Assembly: GCF_009914755.1 (NCBI RefSeq)
Contig: NC_060928.1
Direction: 5' to 3' (one strand)
DNA: 64,000 nt
Source: the human T2T-CHM13v2.0 reference genome, Homo sapiens
The translations under genes were made by a program, and so were the position numbers. The notes below the pieces were generated by a model. That model had not been told where the DNA came from. It did no database searches and worked only from the letters and a program-made list of their open reading frames with translations. Shown here piece after piece: positions 49,812 to 64,000 of the stretch (its first letter is position 1; every line of letters begins with the position of its first letter).

Positions 49812-52254
49812 GTACGTGAATAGCCCGGAGAGGTTTGGCCGTTAGCTGCCATCTGCCAGGTTGGAAAGAATGTAGGGACGTTCTCCGAGAGCCTTTGGTT
49901 AGGCCTTAGGTGGCGGAGACAGCAGCAGCGCGTGGCAGCGGTTCCTGCGGGACAGCTGGAACTGATGGAGCGCGGGCGACGCCGAGAGCTTGGGGGCGCC
50001 TCGGTCTTCCCCTCCAGCCGACCCGGCTGTCGCCGCTGTTGCCTGCCACACCCGCGAGGGACTTCGAGAATGGACCTAGATGCCGTAGTCTCCACTCCCC
50101 CTTTACCCCACTCCCGCCCTGAAGCTAAACCTGCTGGAGAGGAAGGCACCTTTAGAACTTACAGCACTCTCTAGTACCCCCACACTCCTCCAGCACCCAA
50201 AATGGATATATTGTCACATGTGCATATTTGGTTGTGGGAAGTCGTGGCTTCCACGTTTTGTTGAGTGGAATGAGTCATGGCATCTTGCCGCCATGAAGTC
50301 GAATACTCGCTGTCCACTCCCAGGCTTTATAGAAATGATGCCCACATGTCACTCTGCTTTTCTCAGAACAGCGTGTACGCAGCTATGACTGGGGTTGTCC
50401 CAAGTAGTTTCCCAGTAGAAATCCTATAGTTTTTTTGGTACGCTTTTGTAGCACTAGGCACTTTCTCCCCTTACCCGTTTTTCCTTTTATTGTATCTAAT
50501 ACTCATTGAGATCAAGGTTGATGTCTTTACTCAGAATACCTTTATTATCTCTTCAGGGCTTCGTACATTGTAGGCATTTAATACGTATTGTGAATGAATG
50601 ACAGCCAAAGCCGAATTCCCACCTCCCATTAACTACATAAGCTTATTTTCTCTTTTTTGATGGTAAAAATCTATAAGAGGAAGAACTGTCCAAATAACAT
50701 GTTTTATTTTTTTACTCTTTCCCAACAGGACTGCTAACTAGTCATTTATGATAGTGGCATTTATGTTGCAGTAGTTTGTCCCATATTCTGAGAATATTCA
50801 TTGTATACCAGCCACCTGACACTAATACTTTGTTAGTGTAACCAAAGGCTCAGAACCTGTATTTGAACCAAAAGCTGTTTGGGGTTTGTGAGCTTTTTGA
50901 GAACTTAGTTCTCCCCTATTTTAAAAAAGGGAGTTTTTTTGTTTGTTTGTTTGTTGGAAGAGCATCTAACAATTGGGAGAGAGGGGGAGAAAACAATATT
51001 AAGTTAGAGTTCTTCTAAATGTCTTAAACTTAAAACTCTTTGAAATCAGAGCCGTGTACCACTCCTAACTTCTACGTGTTTTGTAAGACTAATAAACTAC
51101 AATAAGCATGGGTTAGACTATTTCATGTGATACTAAACATCATTAGTTAACAGCAGTCTTTGAAATGCTTTTACACAGCGTTACAATTATTTTGGCTTTA
51201 GACTGTAAATGCTTCTAAGTATTCCTCACTTCCTTTTTTCCTCTCAGCTGTAAGAATGACACTGAGGGTCATTGTTCTAGTGTCAATTTTGAACACTTTT
51301 GTCTTCGAATCTGAAATATCCGCAAATCCTTCTTTGTTTGCAGGAGCCTGTTAACTATAATCTTCCTCTCCAAGCTTTACTGTGCCTAGGTTTTCTATTG
51401 AAAAACAAGTAGGGAATCCCCTTGCCCCAATTATTGAAACTGATACAGAAATTGAATTAAAAGTGTTCACACAGTTAATTAACAGTTCTACAAAGAATCC
51501 ATGTTCATTTTTCTTAAATGCATTACAATTTATCACTATTTTTATATAAATCAGTTTATTAACCACTTCTGGTATGTTTTTATTCTACTGTAAAAATCAA
51601 GCCAGGGTAGTGACATGCACCTATAGTCCCAGCTATTCGGGAGGCTAAAGCAAGAGGATCCCTTGAGCCCAGGAGTCCCAGTCTGTAGTGTCCTGTGATC
51701 ACTGCCCTCAGCCAGGACACCATAGCAAGATCCCTGTGTCTTTTTAAAAAATTGTCTTTTACAGTCTTTTGGTTTTTAAAATAGTTTGAAAAATTAAATA
51801 TTTTAGTAGTTTAACAGAAATAAAGTTTAAGCAATTTCGTGGTGATTTATCCCCTGGAGGGGAATTCATTATGCTCTTTCACTGAGTAATTGTAGAAAGG
51901 CATTCAGTATTTAAATTAGAATGCATGGTGTCCAGTTTTAATAGCTTGCTGAAGAATCTTCATTTCCTAGGAAGTTGTCATTTCCCGAATAATAGCTTTT
52001 TTGTGACAATTCAAGCCATCTAATTTCTTCCTCTTCTAATCTTTACAAGACCTGGACCAGTTTTTAGAGGAATAGAGTCAACCTGTTTATTGGAATAACC
52101 CTGTACTTATTACATGAACATTTAGTCTCCTTTTGAATGATTTTTTTTTTCAGTATGTAGTTTAGTGGACAACTGTCACTATAAAATATTGGTAACTTGC
52201 AAGATTTCTAAAGTTGTTATAACCTACAGGAAAATTATTTACTATATTTAAATT

Positions 52255-54540
52255 CATATTCTCATTCATTTAGCAGAAATGCTTGATCTCCTGTGTGCTA
52301 GGCACAGGTTCAGCCACTGGAATGAACAAAAATTCCTACCCTCATGATGGATGGAGTACATTCTACTTGGGGAGGGGAAAAATGTGTATGTGTTTGTAGA
52401 GAGACAATATACATACACACACCCACGATAGATGTGTGCATATACACCAGATATATATAAAAAAAATATATATATGGAATATATAGTATGTCATATAGTT
52501 GAGCTAGGGAGAAAAATAAAGCAAGAAAGAAGGATGAAGAGGCAGTTGGGTGTATTTTTCGGTAGTGTATATTGTGGTAGTGTAGTTACAAAAGGCTCAC
52601 TGAGAAATAGTAAAGATTGAAAGGAGTAAGCCATGTAACTCTCTAGGGGGAATAGCATTACAGGCAGAAAGTGCCAAGATCTTGAAGCAAGAACATGCCT
52701 GGCATGTGCTAGGAACAACAAAGAGCCAATGTAGCTGGAGCCATACAAGAGCTAGAGTAGTTGGAGATGAGATCAGAAAGTTAACAGAGGCTGATCAATG
52801 CCTCATTGATTATTTTCAGGACTTTGGCATTTACTCAGATTGAGAATGAAGCCATTGCAGGATTTTAAATAGAGGAGTGACATGATCTAGCTTACTCTTT
52901 AAAAGGCTTCCTATGGTTCCTGTGTTGAGAATGAACTGTTGAGGGTTAGAGTAGAAAGAGGTGAGGGTAAAAGCAAAGAGATCTGTTAGGAAGCTATTTG
53001 AGTGATGCTGGTAAGAGATGATAGTGATAGCTTACACCAAACTCATGAGATCAGATTCTGGATGTTTTATAGCTTCAGTGGGATTTGCTGTTATTAGGTG
53101 GAAAAGAAAATGACTTCAAGGATTTGGGCCTGAGCAAATGGAAGACTGGAGTTGCCATCTAACAAAATGGGCAAGACTGCTGAAATTTTGGTGAGGATAT
53201 CAGGAGCTTAGTTGGGAGATTCCTCTTAAGCCTTCCAGAGATGTTAGGTGGGCAGGAAGGGTTCAAGAGAGGTATGCTGACTAAAGATAGAAATTTGGAA
53301 ATTTGCAGTATATAAATGGAATTTAAACCTGTGAGACCAGAATAGAACAACTTGGGGAATGAGTATATGTGGAAAAAAATGACCAAGTCTTAGAGCACTC
53401 TGCATTTAGAAGCCTGGGAGATGAAGATGAGTGACCAGGAAAACAGTAGAAAAACCAGATTAGTGTTGTATCCTAAAACCAAGTTAAGAAAGGGTTTTTA
53501 TCTAGTAGGAAAAGTGTTTATTTGTGTCAGATGCAATTGATTGGTCAGGTGAATTAAGGTCTGATAACCATTTGTTTTAGCCATGTGAAGAACAATGATG
53601 GCTCGAAAAGTTTTGATTAAATGATGGGCTCTAGAGCCTAGAATGGATTCCAGAGAGCATGTAGCAAGAAATTTGAGACATTGAGTATAAGCAACTCTTT
53701 GAAGTAGTCTTGAAGAAGGAAAAATAAAACAATGGGAGACGATGGGGTCAGATAATAGAATGCCTGAATGCTGATAAGAATGAGCCAGTGGAGAGAATAA
53801 TTGATGAAGTTAAAGACAGAAGGGAGAATTGTTGGGACATTCTTATGGAATGTCTTCTAGTGTACAAATGGTCTTAGCCAGGGAAATACATACAGTGTCA
53901 TTGCTGGTTGGCATAAGGGTCCATTTGAGATGATGAATTTAAAGGGAGACTAGTCAGCAGGTTTTGTGTTTTTTTTTCACCTACCATTTTCAGCTCTATG
54001 TGTGCAGGTGAAGAGTCGAATTTAACCAAGATTGTGATTTAGGGTATTTTAGCTGGGTGAGAAGGAAAATAAAAACACCAAGAGCTGAGGGACAGTGGAA
54101 ATATGATAGAATCAAGAGATAATGAAAGGTTTGAAGAATGGAGGAATCAGAGTTGTTGGATTGTTGTGTAGTAGGGGGTGAACTAAAAAGATAAGAATGG
54201 TGGTTGGAGAATGGAGTATTTGAAGTTGAGGTTATAGAAGGATTGCAATTACTGGTAATGATAAGGTCTAGGATGTAACCAGAAAAAATGAATGGCTGTG
54301 GTAAGGTAGAAGACAAGCTGTTTGAGGAGAGGGGTTAAATGAGAGGACAGGAGGGTCATCTGTGAGCATATTGAAATCGAGAACTATGTCAGGAGTTGTA
54401 AAAGAGTGTGTGAAAGTTAACAGGGGCTGAAATCTTCAAAGAATGAAAGGGAGTGATCTGGTGGTCACTACTAACTAAAGCAGTTAGATAGTTGAGATGC
54501 AAAACTTTTTAGGGAGGAGGGAGAGATAATAGTCTAGGAC
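52255..54540 (-). mobile_element. Long L2 remnant in ABCE1 intron 1
   Basis: cattcattt 3' tail signature; purine-rich antisense L2 body; minus ORF 53996-54316 has endonuclease-like GYILDLIIT...FSNHH. Confidence 0.72.
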
Positions 54541-55187
54541 AGCGTCGAGGAGCAAGATCTCTTATCCCCATCCAAGCCTAATGATATTGATGGGTGTGAA
54601 AAAGACTTGAGATGTCTACAAAGGGAAGCAGTCTATTAAAAAAAATAAAATAAAATCAAGATTGATTATCACAGTAAGAAAAAGACAACATGATCTCTTT
54701 CTAAATGGATAATCTTGGTTTCAGATTCATTCATTACATATTGGAATAAACTTGAGTATTAAGGCACCTTTTGGAATTTTTTACTTTAATCACCATTCTA
54801 AGGAAATTAATTTCTGAACCACTAAGCCCAATATTGTGAAAGATTTTTAAGTTAACTTTGATCTTAATGCTGTGTAGTTGATTAAATTGGAATATCAAGA
54901 CTTATAAAAGCTTTAAAAGTGAGCATAGTATATACATATAGTTATTTGGTCTCCTTTTAATTTCATTGCTATTATGATTATTTGCCATTTCTGTCAGTGT
55001 CATTATAGTCAGATGTACACGACGTGAAGTAATGCTTAGTTTGGGGGAAGAGCTTGTGGGATTTCCCCCATCCTGCTTCCCCTTTTTCAGTTTTCCTGGC
55101 TATTAATAATTCTTTTTCCATTAGAGCTTTAGATTTGCTTTGTCTGGGTTGGTTGGGGTTTTTTTTTTTTTTTGAGACTGGGTCTGA

Positions 55188-55361
<174 letters not shown>

Positions 55362-55777
55362 TAAATTCAGGAAGGGTTTAAATCTGTGATATTAACTATT
55401 CTTTATTATAAAAACTGAGATAGCATGTCATTTGTTCAGGTCATTTATATCATTTGGTGTTGTTTTAAAGTTTTCTTGTGTATATATCTTGTTGAGTATA
55501 TTCCTAGATATTTTCTTTTTGTCGCTATTGTAAATGACATTTTTTTCTTTCCTTATATAAATCTTCTGATTAAAGTATATATGTAAAATTTGATTTTCCC
55601 AACCTTACTAGATTATAGATTATTTTACAATTTTTACATTTGTCAAAATTTATATTTTTTTTTTGCAGATAATCATTTCATCTCCATATAATGATCATTT
55701 ATGTTTTCCTGTCTTTCATGTATGCAAATTAGTTCCCTTAACTAATGGCATTAAATTTGTTGATTTTTCTTTCATAG

Positions 55778-55948
<171 letters not shown>

Positions 55949-56953
55949 TGAAAGAAATCAACTGGTTTGATAATTCTTTACGGACATTAACATAAACTTT
56001 GTGTTCACCATTAGTTTCATAAAACTGTGAAGACAAGAAAAGTAGTTTGTTCTAAATTTCTTTTATTGCTTTGTGACTGAAGGATCATATTTTTTAAAGA
56101 AAGACCAAATTTTAGAATAATACATCAATATTTAAAAGTGTATTGGATGTGAACTCAAAGCAGAGTTCAGCTTACTGATCTTGAAATCTACAAAATCTTA
56201 TAATTACTTTAATATTATATATATAGTAATTAATTACTATAATCAATGGGGGAAGGGTTACAGTAAACTTTGACAGTATTTTCATATTTAAAAAATGAAC
56301 AAAGAGCTTAATAAGAATGACTATTCATAAGGTTTAACTATATTTTGAAGATTAGATAAATTTCCAACAATTCAGTTGAAAAATTATTGGTAGTCGTTAA
56401 GGGCTATGTTAAGTAATTGTGAATATACGAATGAGGCATAGAATTACTGACTCTTAGAATTACTGAAACTTAGAAACTTTAGTTGTCATCTGTTATTGTC
56501 TCCTTTGCTATTCAGAAATTCCATTATCCCTACTACCATGTTTAATTTTAGCTGTATGTTAGATGACTGCATACCTTTTTGGAGTTTTACTGATCTAGCT
56601 ACAATAGTTCATTCGTTTAATGCTCTGCCTTACCATTTTCAAGGCATATTTTGTTTTATGAATTTAAAATTTAGGTTAATCAGCTTAAAAATATTTCAGG
56701 ATATGTCATACTTTTACTAGCATATTTTCTTCCCCAGTAGTAAATTAAGTAAAATAAATATATATTAATTAATCATCTCCCTGCTGCCAAACAAGGATAT
56801 TCATATAAGTGATTAGAAATCTGTCCCCACAAAGCACTGATTTAAGACATTATCTCAAATGTATTTCTTTGTGTGGCCTTTGTTTTTGAAAATCTGCTTC
56901 TGTATGGAAATTTAGAACCAGCATTGCCTAAATAACAGTGTTCGGAAAATTAG

Positions 56954-57115
<162 letters not shown>

Positions 57116-57460
57116 TAACCTAAAACTGAAATCTGAAAATTCTGGATACTATGCTATAACTACTTTAAGTGAGGCAAAGTATAAAGCAAATGAATAGAGA
57201 ATGTAAATTTAGGAAAGTGGTATTCTAATATCAGTGACATTGTTGCTTTTTTAAATAAATTAAACCACCCTTTTTAAAAGTTACTCTTGCTGTACTCAAC
57301 TTTATAAAGCCATTTCCAACCAAAATTTCTCTTTTTTCACCTTTTTATAAGGACATTACCATCACATTACATGTTTCTTTCAAGTCTGTATTGAATTTTA
57401 AATTCACACCTTTTAAATAGAAATGCACACAGCCAAAAATTTTAAAATTTAACATAATTC

Positions 57461-57945
57461 TTCTACTGTATTACACATGCTTCTATTGAATTTTTCCCAA
57501 TAGTATAATACTTAAAATAGCTCAATTATTAATAGTTTTTGTTGCCTTGAATAGTTTGATTAGGCTTTTGACTCATGAATGGTGAATTTCCAACTTTAGT
57601 TCATAAAAGAAATTTAGGAGCTAATGTGTAACATACTTAATTTAGATCTTTCTGTTTGTAGATATTATAAAAAGGCGCTTCACCAGAATTCAGATACCAC
57701 ACTATTGTTCAAATAAATCGTGTGTATATTTCACATTGGTTTCTGAATCCTTGTTTAAGTATCCGGAAAGATTTCATGGATACCTGAAACATTTTCACTT
57801 GCTTTGAAAATATAAACAGGAAGCATTCCTTCCAGCAAATATTTACTAATCTCTTACTAGATACCTGCCTTTATCCTGGGTGCTGGGAATCTGGTTTTGA
57901 GCAATATAGTATCTATTCTGTTTTCTCTCTTTGTGCTGTAAGAAA
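57461..57945 (+). repeat. Intronic duplication, copy 1 (ABCE1 intron 3)
   Basis: Colinear with 60873-61343. Confidence 0.92.
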
Positions 57946-58978
57946 ATTATATTAATTTAAATTTTAAATTTTGGATATACACTTGAGTGGCTAAAAACAT
58001 ACTAATGAGGTGGTCCTCTTTGAGGGTGGAGAAGTAATGTATAATTCCTGAACACTAAGATATTATAATGTACCTCATATATGAACAGTGGATATTTTTT
58101 TCCTTGTAGAATTGAGTTTAAATCACTTGCAGCATATAAGCATTGTATGTACATTTAAGAGAAGAGGATAATGGAGGTAACTCCACTATCCTCCACTGTA
58201 ATATAGAAAAATATAATTTGTAAAAACTTAATAGTTTTGGTTAGAGGGTGGAAATTACTTTATTAGAAAACAAGAGTAATTATCTGTTTTTATAATGTAT
58301 AAAATGGAAATTCCCTGGAATCTCTAAACACGGAAACTTAGAATTGGTCCCCTAAGCTCATTGAACATGTCTGCTGAACAGATCTCTAATAACATGAGGT
58401 TATAATTTTTGCATGTACCTCTGTAGTTGTCTGTACTTACGAAAAATTTTTCTAGCCATATTACCATTCTTAAATGACCTTCCTGTTTTTGCTGTTCTTG
58501 TTCCTTGGACAGTCATCTTATAGTTGAATGTTATTTGAATAAGCCTATGTGTTTTGTTTTGTTTTTTAATGTGAATTGACTCCGAGAATTCAAGTATCTT
58601 ATTCATATAAGATAGATAAAAGTCATAATGGAAAGACATTAATCCCCAGTCTGTGCAAATATGCTAGCTATTGGTGGGATGGAAATAGCCCAAAAAAGGA
58701 TAAGATCCATGACCTCAAACGACTTTACAAGGTAGAACAGGAAGTATACAAGGGCAGGAATAATTGAAGGAAACAGAGGGAGAACATCTGTTTTGGAAAG
58801 AATATAAAGCCATATATTCAGTGACTTTTTTGTTGACTTGCCTCTTAGCCTCCCCTCATCTAATATGTTTTAACAAAACCAAACAAAAAACCTCAAGTTC
58901 TACAAGGTTTTTCAATAAGTATTAAGCACTCTTTAAATGTATAGGATTATACCCAACACTAAAGGGAATATCAAGTTA

Positions 58979-59221
58979 CAGTTGACCCATGAAATCACAG
59001 GTTCAAACTGTGCAGATCTACATACACGTGTATTTTTTCCCCCAACCAAATGCCAATTGGAAATAGAGTATTTGCAGGATGCAAAACCATTTTAGAAAGG
59101 GCTGACTTTTTCTTTTACTCAGGTGCTCCAGGGCTGACTGCAGGACTTGAGTATGTGCCAATTTTTTGGTGTACTCGGCAGTCCTGGAACAATTTTCCCC
59201 ACATATACTGAGAGACAATTG
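58979..59221. mobile_element. MER8/Tigger2-type MITE
   Basis: TA|CAGTTGACCC...GAGAGACAATTG terminal inverted repeats, ~240 bp. Confidence 0.72.
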
Positions 59222-59403
59222 ATATAATTCTAATGTTCAAGGAACCTTTTATTTTAAGTAAATAGTAGAAGGAAATGAAACAACATTTCACATCTTTATG
59301 AAATCATGTTTAGAAGATTGCTTATAAAAATATTTTTAATCCATTTTAGTTATGTGTATATGTCTACAAATTAATACAAAAATTAATTCTTTACTTTAAA
59401 TAA

Positions 59404-59565
<162 letters not shown>

Positions 59566-60491
59566 TAAGAGAAGTGCAGAAATTGGGGGGAAATGCTATT
59601 AACCAGTCACTAAAGGAAAATACAATATTATAACATCATGCAGAATCATACTGCATATGTCTGTGGTTCATTCTGGCTAACATTACAGTTACCTATGGGA
59701 CTTTTTAAAGCTACTAATGCCCAGGTTTCAGCCCAGTTTAATTACATCATAGGGTCTGGACCTTAGTATATTGAAAAAGTCCCAGGTGACTCTAATATAC
59801 AACTGGGACTGAGAGTCACTGTTGTTCCTAGTACCCTTATCCCCAAAATAACTTTTAAGGGAACTTGCCTTTGATTTTGTTTATCCATTAATCTTATGAT
59901 CTACAGAGAATATCACTTTGAATTTGGACATGTATTATTAAGGCACAAATAAATCCTTAGTTTGGGATTTTTATCTGCTGAACACTAACACTTTGAATCT
60001 AGGAGTCTAGATTTTTACTAATAAAAAAGTATTTCTCAACCTGCCAGCTTTAAGGGGCCTACTGCAGCAGGGAGAAGGAAGTGGAATATTTCTGGTTGAT
60101 GTGGCACTTCTCTCCTTGTAAGTAAATGGCAGGCCAGAAAAGAAAGACATTGTGAGGTTGCACCTGCTGTGTAATTTTGTACCAAAGCATTTTGTTATAC
60201 ATTAAAACTGGGCCTTATATGTAAAGAAGAAATTTACTTTAGGATGGACTTTGAAAACTGAATAAATAAAACTTGTAGTAATGTTGTTTAAGGATGCATT
60301 TCTAACAATTAACAGTGTAAGTTAATCTTGGCTGTTCTTTTTTCTAATAGCCATTAATCTTGGCTGTTTTTTTCCTAATAGCCAGTAATATCTGGCATAT
60401 GTTTCTTAGCTTATTAATGGATGGTTGTGAAGTGCAGGTGCATTAAAATATATCATTCTGATGTTATGTGGCTTTTTCTGTGTAAATCTGA

Positions 60492-60659
<168 letters not shown>

Positions 60660-60872
60660 TAAAAATTAATATCATGAGTCAGTTTTATGAGATTTTGGGG
60701 GGATGATATGTATATTTTTAAAATATTCTTATTTTCAAAATTATTTATGGAATTAATGCTGAGAAATTTATAAACAAAGCTCTTTTGTACTTTTGAACTA
60801 AAAATCTGTTAATGTTACTTAACTGAAAATTCTGAGTTGTTAAGCCTTGATCTGAAGCAGAATTCTGCTTGA

Positions 60873-61343
60873 TTCTGCTGTATTACACACGTTTCTATTT
60901 AATTTGTCCCAATAATGTAAAAATAGCTCAATTAGTTTTTGTTGCAGTCAATAGTTTGATTAGGCTTTTGACTCATGAATGGTAAATTTCCAACTTTAGT
61001 ACATAAAGAAATTTAGGAGCCACTGTGTAATGTTCTTAAGTTAGATATTTTTATTTGTAGATATTATAAAATGGAGCTTCACCAGAGTGTGAATGCCGCC
61101 CTATTAATTGTTCAAATAAATCATAAGTGTATTTTGCTTTTCATTTCTGAATCCTTGATTAAGTATCCAGAAAGATATCTTGGATACCTGAAAACATTTT
61201 CACTTGTTTTGAAAATATGAGCAGGAAACATTCCTTCCAGCTTAACCTCTTATTAGATGCCCTTCTATGTCCTAGGTGCTAGGAATCTGCTTTTGAATAA
61301 CATAATATCTGTTCTGTTTTCTTTCTTTGCTGCTATAGGGAAA
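60873..61343 (+). repeat. Intronic duplication, copy 2 (ABCE1 intron 5)
   Basis: Shares aatagtttgattaggcttttgactcatgaatggt exactly with copy 1, plus many further colinear blocks. Confidence 0.92.
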
Positions 61344-61494
61344 TGAGACTTTTATTAATTATGTTCGCCTCCAACCTTAAGTTAAAAGCCACAAGTGTTC
61401 TATTTGCATATATAATCTATTTCCTGTAGCATTCATCCTCTTTGTCATTGTATTATTAAATTCACATGATTCTGTATTTTTTTTTTTTTTTTAG

Positions 61495-61641
<147 letters not shown>

Positions 61642-61730
61642 TGATAGAGGGAACTTAACGGATATTAGTAGAAGTATAAAAGATATATCAAAATAAACTT
61701 GTTTTACTTTGTGATTCTTTTTAATATTGA

Positions 61731-62154
<424 letters not shown>

Positions 62155-62265
62155 TTTTGTGTATATATTTCAATAGGCCCTGAACTTAAGTGATGAAAGT
62201 ACACATCTTTATGTGGATTACTGAAAATCTCCAGTAATTGTTATATTTAAACAATTTTCAACTGA

Positions 62266-62457
<192 letters not shown>

Positions 62458-62671
62458 TAGGTTACTTTACAATTTTTGTTTATCTTCATCCGTATTGTAG
62501 AGTTTTCAGTTGTGATGCTGCTAATAGAGGAATGGTTTTGAGAGAAATTAATAGAAATAGTATCTAAGTTCCTAATTTCGAGGTAAGATGTTGAAGCAGT
62601 TGTGTATCCACTACTCATTTTCCCTGTTATATTCACAGGGGAAAATATTTATTTATTTAGATAGTTTATAA

Positions 62672-63018
<347 letters not shown>

Positions 63019-63574
63019 TAAGCCCTGTTTTTATGTGAAAAGACTTAAGCTCTCCAGCCAGGCTAGCAAGCTTTTTAATATCTGAAGCAAGACGCGAGGT
63101 CTTTTAAATCACTGTAGATCACTGTGGCATGCCATGTGAAAGAGAGGAGAGGAAAGTTTCCTTCCTTTATTTAGTGTCTCTCCTCCCAGACATTTATTGC
63201 TGCTTTTTCCACATTTCTGCCCTGTTGTCCGGTGAAGGCTAACTCTTCTCCACAAAGTATTCTATAAATTCTTGAAATACCCTCCAAAAAACTATGCTTA
63301 AATGCAGCTGACTTAAGAGAAAAGCTCTCCAAACTACTTGAGACTATATCAGAATACTTTTTATGAGGAGTGACCAATTTGTAAATTAGCCTAACCTGGT
63401 AGACCCTCACCAGACCTGGTGTGTAATCTTGCTTTCTGTAATTTTTTCCTTCTACTTCTGAACAGAATACAGAAATTTTTACCATTACAAGTAGACTCTT
63501 CATTACTATTGGAGATTTGTGTTGTGGTTAACTCAAAAGCTCTTGATACTACAGTGCTTTAAAATAGTATGTAA

Positions 63575-63721
<147 letters not shown>

Positions 63722-64000
63722 TAAGTAGAGATCTGGCATATTACTGTGTTGTTTTGTTTGGAGATTTTTACAGATTTCTAAGGATTAAACACTGGGACTG
63801 TCAATGTGATGTACATATTTTTTATCTTGGTTGTTTATAGCTGCCACCTAAATTTACCTTTCTTTACCTAGAACAGAGGTTCTCAATGCAAGATTCATTT
63901 ATTAACACCCCCGCTTCCAGGGAGCTTAGGAATATTCTGAAATTATATGCAAATTCCGTAGCTTTATAGGAAGCAGACCCTTAGCTTTTACCAGCTATCT

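Larger units (their letters stand above)
49200..50100. promoter_or_regulatory. CpG island / bidirectional promoter of ANAPC10 and ABCE1
   Basis: Sharp rise in GC and CpG in an otherwise AT-rich window; divergent first-exon donors 300 bp apart; CRE TGACGTCA 49605-49612, NRF1-like TGCGCGTGCGG 49683-49693, YY1 CCGCCATTTT 49704-49713. Confidence 0.92.

Noticed and set aside
49531-50174. GC-rich ORFs up to 168 aa across the promoter
   Set aside because: Expected from stop-codon scarcity in a CpG island; they run across splice donors and show no recognisable domain

Overview
Primate (very probably human) genomic DNA. Two genes sit head-to-head on one CpG-island promoter at about 49.2-50.1 kb. On the minus strand is ANAPC10 (APC10/DOC1): non-coding exon 1 and three coding exons giving codons 1-109; the canonical last exon is not found in the window and presumably lies to the left. 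On the plus strand is ABCE1 (RNase L inhibitor / ribosome-recycling ATPase): exon 1 and coding exons 2-9 giving codons 1-267, covering the 2x[4Fe-4S] domain and most of NBD1; the gene continues off the right edge. All splice junctions were read by hand and join in frame. The rest is intronic and rich in repeats: a full-length Tigger1, a MER41B-like solo LTR, an internally deleted old L1PA, a 5'-inverted L1, L2, MER elements and many Alus. Nearly all listed ORFs are repeat-derived noise. I found no convincing new biological system. The best leads are a candidate alternative terminal exon and a candidate N-terminal extension exon of ANAPC10, a ~480-bp duplication shared by two ABCE1 introns, and two foreign insertions inside retroelements. 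Repeat boundaries and subfamily names were assigned by eye and are approximate.
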